A stretch of 64,000 nt of DNA from Enterococcus sp. (GTDB lineage: Bacteria > Bacillota > Bacilli > Lactobacillales > Enterococcaceae): assembly GCA_047975385.1 (NCBI GenBank), contig JBKEDL010000073.1, forward strand, positions 11,719-75,718. The letters are read 5' to 3'. The notes under the pieces are model-generated. The model searched no databases, had not been told where the DNA came from, and saw nothing but the letters and a program-made list of their open reading frames with translations. The position numbers were made by a program, and so were the translations under genes. This document shows, piece after piece, positions 32,701 to 42,001 of this stretch (positions within the stretch are counted from its first letter, which is position 1; every line of letters begins with the position of its first letter).

Positions 32701-33419
32701 AATATCCGCAATAAGCACGGAACTATAACCAGTACCTATCTAAAATTTTATGGACAATATAACTGGAAGAAACGATTCATAGCTAACATGATTTTATTTC
32801 CAATAGCCGGGATAAAATTTACAATGCCAAGAATCTTTCCGAAGGACTGGAATCGGTATACGCCTGAAGGTAGGTTGTTTATTCATCAAAGATTAAAGAT
32901 GGATATGCATATCGTTTATTACCTGCTGGAAAATTCCAATCCAAATAAGTCTGTAGAATTTAACGATAATCGAATCTCTCTGTTCATAGCCCAACAAGGA
33001 AAATGTCATGTTAGTGGTGAAAATTTATCAAAAGCGAATATGGAAGTTCATCACGTTACGCCGTTATCACTTGGTGGGAATGATAACTATAAGAATCTTG
33101 TGATTGTTACAAAAGAAACACACAAATTGATTCATGCGACTAGAAGAGAAACGATATTCCATTATTTACCTTCGGTATTAAAAAAGGAAAGATCATTGGA
33201 AAAGCTGAATAAATTACGTGCTTTAGCTGGGAATAGTGAAATAGAAACGAATTACTGTTGATGGGGCGCCGTGTGAGGGGAAACTTTCATGCACGGTGCT
33301 AAGCGGGGGAAAAGATGGAGATAGTCTCAAAGTCTTACCTATCGCAATCAATAGGCTGGACGAATCTAACGGAAAACTATTGGCAGCAGCATCTTATCGG
33401 GGCCGGTCGATACAAATAA
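29768..33419 (+). CDS. Bifunctional lysozyme-like/NlpC-P60 hydrolase (Orf14/CwlT-like), join(29768..30701,33349..33419), 334 aa after splicing
   Basis: QVESGG, DVMQSSES, AYNYG, FDCSGL, THVGIY; splicing restores HAGD|PIGWTNLTENYWQQHLIGAGR. Confidence 0.93.
30702..33348 (+). mobile_element. Group II intron 2 (probably class B/IIB)
   Basis: GTGTG start; DV GCGCCGTGTGAGGGGAAACTTTCATGCACGGTGC at 33266-33299; ends CCTATCGCAAT. Confidence 0.95.
31432..33261 (+). CDS. ltrA: Intron-encoded RT/maturase/HNH with YTDD variant
   Basis: RPLGIPT, GTPQGGILSP, RYTDDF, HH...NL...H. Confidence 0.95.
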   Translation: MTVKASNKKALRFNEYYDAQKIQDELYQLSAEGKHIFRDLMSYITQEENILLAYRNIKSNKGSKTAGTNKRTIIDVGQENPAQLVQYVQKRFTNFQPHTIRRVEIPKPNGKTRPLGIPTIEDRLVQQCIKQILEPILEAKFYKHSYGFRPERSSHHAIAIFQQWSYKGFHYVVDIDIKGFFDDVDHGKLLKQLWTLKIQDKTFISVLSRMLKAEVKGIGRSIKGTPQGGILSPLLANVVLNELDWWIDSQWDGFPTKREYSSLLGKTQSIRKYSKLKEIKIVRYTDDFKIMCKDYHTAQKIFIATKQWLKERLSLDISPEKSKVTNLRKNYSDFLGFKLKVKKGKANKYTNRSRMCDKAKKSAVDKLKNNIKTIAVNPTVDNVNKYNSVVLGLHNYYKIATLVNLDFVDIAFTVNKSLDCRTKNIRNKHGTITSTYLKFYGQYNWKKRFIANMILFPIAGIKFTMPRIFPKDWNRYTPEGRLFIHQRLKMDMHIVYYLLENSNPNKSVEFNDNRISLFIAQQGKCHVSGENLSKANMEVHHVTPLSLGGNDNYKNLVIVTKETHKLIHATRRETIFHYLPSVLKKERSLEKLNKLRALAGNSEIETNYC

Positions 33420-33437
33420 AAGAAAAGAGGAATAAAG

Positions 33438-34349
33438 ATGAAGATAAAAATTGAACGAAATCAAAAGGAAAAGACCCCAAAAAAGAAGAAAAAACGAGTC
33501 GTATCCGTGGGCAAGCATCGAAAAATGGTGTTTGCCCTTTGGCTTTTATTGTCTTGTAGTCTTGCTTTTGGAATCTACAAAAATTTCACCGCCATTGATC
33601 AGCACACGACTCATGAAAAAGTGGTGGTAAAAGAGAAAGTAGTGAATACTTCTGGCATTGAAAGTTTTGCGAAGGATTTTGCGAAAGAATATTTTTCCTG
33701 GAAGAATAATAAAGAAGTAATTGAAAAGAGAATGAGTAATCTCGGACAGTACCTCACAGAAGAAGGTCTCACTTTGAGCCAAGATATGGTCCGAGCGGAT
33801 ATTCCCACTAGTTCTGAAGTTCAATCAGTAAAAATTCTAGATGTTGAAAAGAATTCAGAAGAATTTACTGTTTCGTTTTTAGTGGAGCAAAAGATTATGG
33901 AGAGAAAAAAGGCACAAGCAATTTCTTCTGCTTATCGAGTGACAATTTTTGAAGATGAAAATGGGAATCATGTTATAACGAGTTTGCCTACTATGATTGC
34001 AAAGCCAGATAAGGCAAAATACGAGGCAAAACAAGTAGAAAGTGATTCGGAAATTGATGCCAAAACCACAGAAGAAATCACGGAGTTTTTAGAGACATTT
34101 TTCAAGCTTTATCCAACAGCATCGGAAAAAGAACTTGAGTATTATGTTGAAAATAATGTGATTCAACCGATTAATACAAATCTTCAATTTGTAGAAATAA
34201 CTAATCCTATTTATTTTGAAACAAAGGATTCGGTTCGAGTAAAAGTCATAGTGAAATATCTCGATGATGTTGAAAAGGTGACTCATGATTTTCAATATAA
34301 CTTATTGTTATCTAAAGGAGAAAACTGGAAGATTACCAATTGCGAATAA
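33438..34349 (+). CDS. TcpC/Orf13-like conjugation protein
   Basis: Single TM, YKNFTAID, FLETFFKLYP. Confidence 0.9.
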   Translation: MKIKIERNQKEKTPKKKKKRVVSVGKHRKMVFALWLLLSCSLAFGIYKNFTAIDQHTTHEKVVVKEKVVNTSGIESFAKDFAKEYFSWKNNKEVIEKRMSNLGQYLTEEGLTLSQDMVRADIPTSSEVQSVKILDVEKNSEEFTVSFLVEQKIMERKKAQAISSAYRVTIFEDENGNHVITSLPTMIAKPDKAKYEAKQVESDSEIDAKTTEEITEFLETFFKLYPTASEKELEYYVENNVIQPINTNLQFVEITNPIYFETKDSVRVKVIVKYLDDVEKVTHDFQYNLLLSKGENWKITNCE

Positions 34350-34571
34350 CGTTCTAAGATGAGTTCAAAAAGTATATAGGTAAACAATTATTGTAAACTT
34401 GTACAATATGTCGTAGTTGAGGCATAATAAAGAAGTAGCGGTATTAACTATTTCGATAAAGTCCTTGAAATATGAAAACGACAATTTATCAACAGTAGAA
34501 TTTTATCTAATTAAAAAATAATTATCTATTGCACAGATACTACTTAAATCTTTCCCTAGGGAGGTGAAATA

Positions 34572-35480
34572 ATGTTATTACGACAAATGCGTTATTTTGT
34601 TTCGGTGGTTGAGAATAATAGCTTTACAGAAGCAGCTGAACAGGAATTTATCTCACAATCTGCAATCTCTCAACAAATTCAATCATTAGAAACAGAATTG
34701 GGCACAGAATTATTTATTAGACAGCATCGAAAGTTTCGTTTAACTTCTGCTGGGGAATATTTCTATCAAGAGAGCCGGCAAATATTGAGTCGAATTGATC
34801 GAATTATTTTGGAAACCCAAAGAATTGGAAGTGATGATGATGCTCATCTCAGAATTGGCTATTTACAAGTTTATGGAGGCCCTGTTTTACATCAAGCGAT
34901 TACCGAATTTTCAGAGATTTATCCTGAAGTAGTGATTGATTTGATCCATGGGACACATGAGGAACTTTATCAAGAGTTGCTCCAACAAACAGTTCATTTG
35001 GTTTTGAGTGATCAAAGAAGGGCTTTTTCAAAAGACTATGTCAATCTTGAACTCATTCAGCCAACAACGTTTATTGAGATTTCGCGACGTAATCCTTTAA
35101 GCAAACAAGAAGTAATAAATGTAGAAGATCTTTCAGAAATTCCTTGTATCTTGATAACTTCGAAAGATCAATTGGAGCATGAAGAAGCTTTTTATAAGGA
35201 TACCTTAGGATTTTCAAATCAGTTCATTTATGCTGGAAATCTGGAAGAAGCTCGTCTGATGGTTGCTAGTAATCGTGGATTTTTACCACTTGAAAAAATT
35301 GGTTCTCAACCATCACCACTTTCAGCGACGACTAGAATTCCTGTTCAAAAGGCTGGTAAACCGATTATCCGAAAATATTGTGCGTTTTGGAAAAAAGAAG
35401 GTACCAACTATTATGTAGAAGAATTTGCTAGAATGTTAAAGAAAAATATTCAAGATAATACTAAACAGGGTCTTTCGTGA
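34572..35480 (+). CDS. LysR-family regulator
   Basis: SFTEAAE...SQSAISQQIQSLE. Confidence 0.93.
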   Translation: MLLRQMRYFVSVVENNSFTEAAEQEFISQSAISQQIQSLETELGTELFIRQHRKFRLTSAGEYFYQESRQILSRIDRIILETQRIGSDDDAHLRIGYLQVYGGPVLHQAITEFSEIYPEVVIDLIHGTHEELYQELLQQTVHLVLSDQRRAFSKDYVNLELIQPTTFIEISRRNPLSKQEVINVEDLSEIPCILITSKDQLEHEEAFYKDTLGFSNQFIYAGNLEEARLMVASNRGFLPLEKIGSQPSPLSATTRIPVQKAGKPIIRKYCAFWKKEGTNYYVEEFARMLKKNIQDNTKQGLS

Positions 35481-35499
35481 TGAAAGGCTCTGTTTTTTT
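35463..35499 (+). terminator. Intrinsic terminator
   Basis: AAACAGGGTCTTTC...GAAAGGCTCTGTTTTTTT. Confidence 0.75.
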
Positions 35500-35586
35500 C
35501 ATTAGTTTTACTTATCCATGGAATAAGTAAGTGAAATTGTTTCCTCTTTCAAAAAAAGTAGAATATATAGTGAGGAGAGGATATTA

Positions 35587-36336
35587 ATGACTATTAGTCA
35601 ACAAGCACAGCACTATCATGAAAAAATGTTTCCTGGTTATCAATCAGATTTTTTACGAACAGATCCAGAATTTATCGAACGTTTTGATAATTTTTCTTTT
35701 GATACCGTCGTAAAGCAAGATGGTCTTAATGATCAGACGCGCTTTATCGCTATTCTAGCTAGTTTAGTGGGGTGTCAAGGAATTGATGAGTTTAAAGCGA
35801 TGCTTCCTGCAGCAATGAATTTTGGAGTAACAGCAGTCGAAATCAAAGAAATCGTCTATCAAGCTGTCGCTTATTTAGGGATTGGCCGAGTTTTCCCTTT
35901 TCTGAAAGTAATGAATCTTTTTTTTGAAGAGGTAAATATCTCTTTGCCACTTGCAAGTCAATCAAACACTAAAGTTGAAGATCGCCTAAAAGCCGGCGAA
36001 GAAGCACAAATTGCTATTTTTGGTGAAAGTATGAGAGGTTTCTCAAATCAAGGTTCTGATGAAAGTCAACACATCAATCAGTGGTTGGTAGAAAATTGTT
36101 TTGGTGATTATTACACAAGAAGTGGCTTAGATTATCGTAAACGAGAGCTGATTACCTTTTGTTTCTTAATGTCCCAAGGCGGATGTGAGCCACAATTGAT
36201 TTCTCACGCATCGGCTAATATCCGGATTGGGAATGATAAAAGTTTTTTGATTGGAGTACTATCTACTTTGATTCCTTACGTGGGGTATCCGAGAGTATTG
36301 AATGGATTGAACTGTGTAAATGAAGCGACAAAATAA
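35587..36336 (+). CDS. Carboxymuconolactone decarboxylase family, two CMD domains
   Basis: EIVYQAVAYLG, FGDYYTRSGL, PYVGYPR. Confidence 0.85.
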   Translation: MTISQQAQHYHEKMFPGYQSDFLRTDPEFIERFDNFSFDTVVKQDGLNDQTRFIAILASLVGCQGIDEFKAMLPAAMNFGVTAVEIKEIVYQAVAYLGIGRVFPFLKVMNLFFEEVNISLPLASQSNTKVEDRLKAGEEAQIAIFGESMRGFSNQGSDESQHINQWLVENCFGDYYTRSGLDYRKRELITFCFLMSQGGCEPQLISHASANIRIGNDKSFLIGVLSTLIPYVGYPRVLNGLNCVNEATK

Positions 36337-36352
36337 TGGAGGTCTGATAAAA

Positions 36353-37189
36353 ATGAACAAAAAAGTATGGTTAATTACTGGTGTGAGTAGTGGCTTTGGT
36401 TATGAACTGACGAAACAATTATTGGCGAAAGGCGAAATTGTTGTTGGTACAGTACGAAACGAAAAAAATGTGATTGGCTTGATGGAAAAGTATCCTGATA
36501 CTTTTTTCAGACAGTTTCTGGATGTGACAGATATTCCGAAAATTCAAGAATTGGTTACGAATGTTCGAGAAAAACTTGGTCGGATTGATGTAGTTATCAG
36601 TAACGCTGGCTACGGACTATTTGGAGCCGCAGAAGAATTAACAGATGCAGAAGTCGATCATATTTTGGCAACAAATTTAACTGGCTCGATTCAATTAATT
36701 CGTGCAGTTATTCCTATCATGCGAGAACAAGGCCATGGGCGAATTATTCAAATTTCTAGTTACGGTGGGCAGGTCGCATTTGCTGGAAACTCGATGTATC
36801 ATGCAACGAAGTGGGGAATCGAAGGCTTTGTAGAATCAGTAGCACAAGAGGTAGCACCTTTTGGCATTGGGATGACGATCGTGGAGCCTGGTGGCGCACG
36901 AACACAATTTCGCTATGGCAGTGCTCAAGTAGCAAATTTGATGTCCGAATATAATGGAAATCCAGCCCATGCTTTTTTGACGATGTTAAATCCAGACAAT
37001 GGTTTGGCTGCTGGTGATCCCGAAAAAATGGCTACCCGTATCATTGAAAGTGCTGATGTAAATCCTGCACCAATGCGCTTGGTTTTAGGCTCACAAGCCT
37101 TAAATGACACAATCAAAGTCTTAGAAGAGCGAATCAAACAATTCAAAGCTCAAGCAGATATTGCGGCTTCTACAGATATCATCGATTAA
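36353..37189 (+). CDS. SDR oxidoreductase
   Basis: TGVSSGFG, NAGYG, YHATK. Confidence 0.92.
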   Translation: MNKKVWLITGVSSGFGYELTKQLLAKGEIVVGTVRNEKNVIGLMEKYPDTFFRQFLDVTDIPKIQELVTNVREKLGRIDVVISNAGYGLFGAAEELTDAEVDHILATNLTGSIQLIRAVIPIMREQGHGRIIQISSYGGQVAFAGNSMYHATKWGIEGFVESVAQEVAPFGIGMTIVEPGGARTQFRYGSAQVANLMSEYNGNPAHAFLTMLNPDNGLAAGDPEKMATRIIESADVNPAPMRLVLGSQALNDTIKVLEERIKQFKAQADIAASTDIID

Positions 37190-37286
37190 GGAAAAATTGA
37201 TACGCATTTTATTTTGAAGTACTTTTCAAGCTGTGTTAATAAGAAACGAAATATTTAGTTAAATTAATACTACTGGAGGGAAAAAG

Positions 37287-38267
37287 ATGGACTATGTAAA
37301 ATTCGGCAACACTGGTATGGATGTATCACAACTTTGTCTTGGAACCATGGGTTTTGGCGATCCAAATAGTGGGTTTCACGAGTGGGTTTTAGAAGAGGCA
37401 GAAAGTCGTCCAGTTATCAAAAAAGCCTTGGATTTAGGGATTAATTTTTTTGATACGGCAAATGTGTATTCATACGGAGCTAGTGAACAAATCTTGGGAC
37501 GAGCGCTGAAGGATTATGCGAAGCGTGATGAAATCGTGGTGGCAACTAAAGCCTTTGTCACTATGAAAAAGACACCGAATAGTGGTGGACTGTCGCGAAA
37601 AGCACTTCTTTACCAAATTGATCAAAGCTTAGAACGTTTGCAAATGGATTATGTAGATTTGTACATTATTCATCGTTGGGATTACAATACGCCCATTGAA
37701 GAGACAATGGAAGCTTTGCACGACATTGTGAAGTCTGGAAAAGTACGTTACATTGGTGCCTCTGCGATGTATGCTTGGCAATTTGCCAAAGCCCAAGCGG
37801 TTGCTGACAAACATGGCTGGACTAAATTTGTCTCGATGCAAAATCATTTAAACCTACTCTATCGTGAAGAAGAACGAGAAATGATGCCTTTGTGTGATGA
37901 TCAAAAAATAGCAGTAACCCCGTATAGCCCGTTAGCTGCCGGACGTTTGACCCGCGACTGGAAAGCGACCACTAATCGATTTCTAACTGATACCGTAGCG
38001 AAATCGAAATATGACAAAACAGAAGATCAAGACCGAGTTATTGTCAAAAGAGTGGCAGAAATTGCCGATAAATACCAAGTAAAACGTGCACAAGTTGCTT
38101 TAGCTTGGTTATTGCAAAAAAAATCTGTTATAGCGCCAATTATCGGTGCTACTAAAGAAAGTCACTTAACTGATGCACTTCCAGCATTAGATTTGAAGTT
38201 GTCACCAGAAGATGTCGCATATTTAGAAGAGATGTACGTGCCTCACCAAATTGTGGGCGCAAATTGA
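37287..38267 (+). CDS. Aldo/keto reductase (YajO-like)
   Basis: LCLGTM, DTANVY, IHRWD, PYSPLA. Confidence 0.92.
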   Translation: MDYVKFGNTGMDVSQLCLGTMGFGDPNSGFHEWVLEEAESRPVIKKALDLGINFFDTANVYSYGASEQILGRALKDYAKRDEIVVATKAFVTMKKTPNSGGLSRKALLYQIDQSLERLQMDYVDLYIIHRWDYNTPIEETMEALHDIVKSGKVRYIGASAMYAWQFAKAQAVADKHGWTKFVSMQNHLNLLYREEEREMMPLCDDQKIAVTPYSPLAAGRLTRDWKATTNRFLTDTVAKSKYDKTEDQDRVIVKRVAEIADKYQVKRAQVALAWLLQKKSVIAPIIGATKESHLTDALPALDLKLSPEDVAYLEEMYVPHQIVGAN

Positions 38268-38305
38268 TTAAAGAATTGACAAGACTTGAAAGGATAGATG
38301 AAATT

Positions 38306-39337
38306 ATGAGAGCAACTGTATTTGTAGAACCTGGAAAGATGGAAATAAAGGAAGTTGAAAAGCCAATCATTGAGCATTCAGATGAGGCTGTGATCCGTGT
38401 GCTTAGAGCGAGTGTGTGTGGCTCAGATTTATGGTGGTATCGTGGGATTTCAGAAAAAGAAAAAGGAACATTTGCTGGTCATGAAGCCATTGGTATCGTA
38501 GAAGCGGTCAGTACAGATGTAACAAGTGTACAGCCAGGTGATTTTGTGATTGTGCCCTTTACCCATGGTTGTGGACATTGTGCAGCTTGTTTGGCTGGCT
38601 TCGATGGTGATTGTTTGAATAATACCGCCGGCGCTAGTACCTACCAGGCTGAATATTTACGTTATGCCGGTGCAAACTGGGGACTAGTAAAGATTCCTGG
38701 TCAACCAGAGGACTACTCAGAAGACATGTTAAATTCTTTTGTTGCATTAGCTGATGTGATGGCGACAGGCTATCATGCGGCAGTCAGTGCTGAAGTAAAG
38801 CCTGGTGACACAGTTGCCGTTATTGGAGATGGAGCAGTTGGACTTTGTGGTGTGATCGCAGCTAAATTATTAGGCGCAAAAAGAATTATTGCGATGAGTC
38901 GCCATGAGGATAGACAAAAACTTGCCCTCGAGTTTGGTGCTACGGATATTATTGCAGCTCGAGGTGATGATGCGATTAAAGAAATCATGGTCCTCACTGA
39001 TGCTGGTGCTGATGCAGTACTGGAGTGTGTCGGAACTCAGCAAGCTGTAGATACAGCAACAAAAATTGGTCGTCCAGGGTCCGTGATTGGTCGAGTGGGA
39101 GTTCCTCATATTGATGAACTGGATACTAATCAACTGTTTTGGAAAAACATTGGATTACGAGGCGGAATTGCTGCGGTAACAACTCACGATAAAAATGCTC
39201 TATTGGATGCTGTTCTTAGAGGAGAGATCCATCCTGGAAAAGTTTTTACCAAACAATTTGATTTAGCAGATGTTCAATTGGCTTATGAAGCAATGGACAA
39301 GCGAGAAGCTATTAAATCTCTATTGGTTATTGCCTAG
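38306..39337 (+). CDS. Zinc-dependent alcohol dehydrogenase
   Basis: CGSD, GHE, CGHCAAC...C, GDGAVG. Confidence 0.92.
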   Translation: MRATVFVEPGKMEIKEVEKPIIEHSDEAVIRVLRASVCGSDLWWYRGISEKEKGTFAGHEAIGIVEAVSTDVTSVQPGDFVIVPFTHGCGHCAACLAGFDGDCLNNTAGASTYQAEYLRYAGANWGLVKIPGQPEDYSEDMLNSFVALADVMATGYHAAVSAEVKPGDTVAVIGDGAVGLCGVIAAKLLGAKRIIAMSRHEDRQKLALEFGATDIIAARGDDAIKEIMVLTDAGADAVLECVGTQQAVDTATKIGRPGSVIGRVGVPHIDELDTNQLFWKNIGLRGGIAAVTTHDKNALLDAVLRGEIHPGKVFTKQFDLADVQLAYEAMDKREAIKSLLVIA

Positions 39338-39386
39338 ATAAAAATTGTGGCTGTTACCTTTTCGACTTTAGAAAAGAGGAAATAAA

Positions 39387-40037
39387 ATGAACGTATTAAT
39401 TTTGGGAGCAAATGGACAAATTGCCCGTATTGTGGAAGAACGGATATTAACTGAAAGCGCCTTTGAAGATGTCTTGTTGACCTTGGGACTACGGAATCCA
39501 TCTCGCCTACAAAATTTGTCAGGTAACTCCCGCGTCATTCTATCAGATGTAGACTTGAACAGACAAGATCAAGTAGAAGCTGCTATGGAAGGGCAAGATT
39601 TAGTTTTTGTGGCAGCAGTGGATCACGATAAGCAAAATCGTCCTACAAAAAATGTGATTGCCGCGATGAAAACTACTGGAGTAAAGCGGGTAGTTTATAC
39701 GAATATTCTTGGGCTTTATAATGAGGTACCAGGTGAATTTGGTCGTTGGAACTTGGCTCAAGTGAGAAGTGGCTTAAACGCAGCAATTACATCAGATCGC
39801 CTATTGGCAGATTCTGGCGTGGATTACACAACTTTACGCTTACCCTGGCTAAACAATCGAGATGAAATTAAGTATGAGGTAACCCATAAAGATGAGACAT
39901 ATGTAGGCGTTTCTGGTTCAAGAAAAAGTATTGCAGATTTGATTTTACAAATTATTTCAGACCCAACTTTATATAGTAAAGATAGTATCGGAATAGCTGA
40001 TGCAGCTACACAAGGATTGAATCGTCCAGTATATTGA
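39387..40037 (+). CDS. NAD(P)H-binding atypical SDR (BVR-B-like)
   Basis: ILGANGQIA Rossmann start, DYTTLR. Confidence 0.82.
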   Translation: MNVLILGANGQIARIVEERILTESAFEDVLLTLGLRNPSRLQNLSGNSRVILSDVDLNRQDQVEAAMEGQDLVFVAAVDHDKQNRPTKNVIAAMKTTGVKRVVYTNILGLYNEVPGEFGRWNLAQVRSGLNAAITSDRLLADSGVDYTTLRLPWLNNRDEIKYEVTHKDETYVGVSGSRKSIADLILQIISDPTLYSKDSIGIADAATQGLNRPVY

Positions 40038-40072
40038 TAAATTTGGGTATTGTTAAGCAGGAGTGATAAGAA

Positions 40073-40672
40073 ATGAACGTATTATTAATTGGCGCAACAG
40101 GAACAGTCGGAAGTGCTGTCAGAGAAAAACTATTGCAGGAAACAGATGATAAGTTGACATTGTTTGCTCGACATACAAGTAGGTTAAAAAGTGCCTCCAG
40201 TAGAGAGGCCATTATCGCTGGAGATGTGAACTCCACAGAGGACTTACAAAAAGCACTGTCAGATCAGGATGTGGTTTTTGTAGCATTAAGTGGAAATTTA
40301 GGCGCTATGGCAGAAAATATTGTGAACGTAATGGAAACCTCACCTGTTAAGCGACTGATTTTCATTACTTCAATGGGAATTTATGATGAAATTCCCAACT
40401 CTGTAGGCAGTGGTGGTAACCTTTCCCGTAATCCAGTCTTGGAAACCTATCGTAAGGCGGCAGATATCATTGAAGCGTCTGACTTGAATTATACAATTAT
40501 TCGTCCAGGATGGTTCGATAACGGCACTACGGAATATGAAATCACCCATAAAGGTGAGCCGTTTGGCGGACATGATGTAGCTGTAGCAAGTATCGCTGAT
40601 TTGGTAAAACGCTTGATTCATGAACCAAAATTGGGGATAAGAGAAAGCCTGGGGATTAATCGTCCAGAGTAA
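40073..40672 (+). CDS. NAD(P)H-binding atypical SDR (BVR-B-like)
   Basis: IGATGTVG, YTIIRPGW. Confidence 0.82.
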   Translation: MNVLLIGATGTVGSAVREKLLQETDDKLTLFARHTSRLKSASSREAIIAGDVNSTEDLQKALSDQDVVFVALSGNLGAMAENIVNVMETSPVKRLIFITSMGIYDEIPNSVGSGGNLSRNPVLETYRKAADIIEASDLNYTIIRPGWFDNGTTEYEITHKGEPFGGHDVAVASIADLVKRLIHEPKLGIRESLGINRPE

Positions 40673-40685
40673 GCGATTGTTAAAC

Positions 40686-40733
40686 AAACTAGTCTGAGAA
40701 AATGTACCATTCATTTTCCTCAGACTAGTTTTT
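40686..40733. repeat. Palindromic ~48-bp element, copy 1 (terminator-like)
   Basis: AAACTAGTCTGAGAAAATGTAC...CATTTTCCTCAGACTAGTTTTT. Confidence 0.8.
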
Positions 40734-40916
40734 ATAACTTGATTAACTGATAAAAGTGAGAATGGTAAGCTTTTTGATGAATGGAAACTATTGGACCAAT
40801 TAATAATAGTATGAACTGACAGTACGAGACTAAAATTGGTCAGACTTTAGATATAAACATGTTGAATTGTTGCAATGATTTATTTAGTTTAACCAGATAG
40901 AATTGGGGAATGAAAG

Positions 40917-41288
40917 ATGAAAGAAGAAGAAATTTTGAAATCCCTATACCGCCAAGTTAACCAAGCTATGGTAGCTAAGGATAGAGATACATTAGAAATT
41001 CTTTTGATGCCAAATACATTTTTGGTACATATGACTGGATATGAACAGCCTGTGTCTGAATGGCTAGATCAGATTGACTCTGAAGAGATGAAGTACTATT
41101 CTTGGCAAGAATCTAGTATTAAGGATGTTCATATTGAAGGATACCATGCCAGTTTAATTGGTCAAAGTCGTGTCGAAGCCCGCGTGTGGGGAAATGGTCC
41201 AACAATTTGGAATCTACAAATGACTGTCTTCTTTGAAAAAATCAAAGGCGAATGGAAGATCACAAAACAAGTTGCTAGCACTTTTTAA
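40917..41288 (+). CDS. NTF2-like/DUF4440 protein
   Basis: LVHMTG, WL..I...MKYY, GEWKI. Confidence 0.75.
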   Translation: MKEEEILKSLYRQVNQAMVAKDRDTLEILLMPNTFLVHMTGYEQPVSEWLDQIDSEEMKYYSWQESSIKDVHIEGYHASLIGQSRVEARVWGNGPTIWNLQMTVFFEKIKGEWKITKQVASTF

Positions 41289-41329
41289 AAGAGAAACATC
41301 CAATCATTTCAAGTAAAAGCAATATAGAA

Positions 41330-41377
41330 AAACTAGTCTGAGAAAATGTACGAATCATTTTCTTCGGACTAGTTTTT
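41330..41377. repeat. Palindromic ~48-bp element, copy 2
   Basis: AAACTAGTCTGAGAAAATGTAC...CATTTTCTTCGGACTAGTTTTT. Confidence 0.8.
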
Positions 41378-41379
41378 TA

Positions 41380-41967
41380 TTATTTACTAAGGTTTTTACG
41401 GACAAATTTGATTTGGTTTGGAATCACTAGGACAAGTAGAGTTAATAATACAGCATAAGACATAGCTTGGGGCCAAACTGTAATAGAAAGTATTAGACCA
41501 ATAATCTTAAGAGATAAATCCAGTAGCAACCACTGATTGCGGTGTTGAATTTGTCGGCTAACCCAAGAAATTTCAGCATTTTCTTTTATCAAAGTTTGGT
41601 GAGTTAGGATATTTGAAATAGTAATGGCAATGACGATGATCCCGTAAAAAAATTGCGCAGTAGAATTCGAAAAATTCTCAGAGACAATGGAAGTACTATA
41701 AGGAAATATGGAAGAAAAAAAGAGCATAATAACCGTTCCCCAGATAGTATGATTATTGATTCGTTTGACGTGATACCATTCGTTATGCAAATTTACCCAC
41801 ATTGTGCCTAGCCAAAAAAAGGATAGTGTGTAAGCAAAAAAATTTTCTCGTAATGCCCAAAATCCAGAAAAGCTAATGGAATCTGGCTTGTTAAGTTCTA
41901 AGACTAAGATAGTCATGACAATGGCCAACACTGCATCAGTAAAGGCGATTAATCGTTCTTTTCCCAT
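41380..41967 (-). CDS. TMEM175-family (DUF1211) potassium channel
   Basis: ERLIAFTDAVLAIVMTILVLEL, YTLSFF...WVNLH. Confidence 0.9.
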   Translation of the reverse strand: MGKERLIAFTDAVLAIVMTILVLELNKPDSISFSGFWALRENFFAYTLSFFWLGTMWVNLHNEWYHVKRINNHTIWGTVIMLFFSSIFPYSTSIVSENFSNSTAQFFYGIIVIAITISNILTHQTLIKENAEISWVSRQIQHRNQWLLLDLSLKIIGLILSITVWPQAMSYAVLLTLLVLVIPNQIKFVRKNLSK

Positions 41968-42001
41968 AGAAATTTCCTCCTTAATTATTCTTTTAAGTTT
42001 T

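Noticed and set aside
18789..33261. RTs as retron, DGR, Abi or CRISPR-associated RT
   Set aside because: Both have complete group II boundaries, DV/DVI and HNH domains; no template/variable repeat pair, msr-msd or array seen
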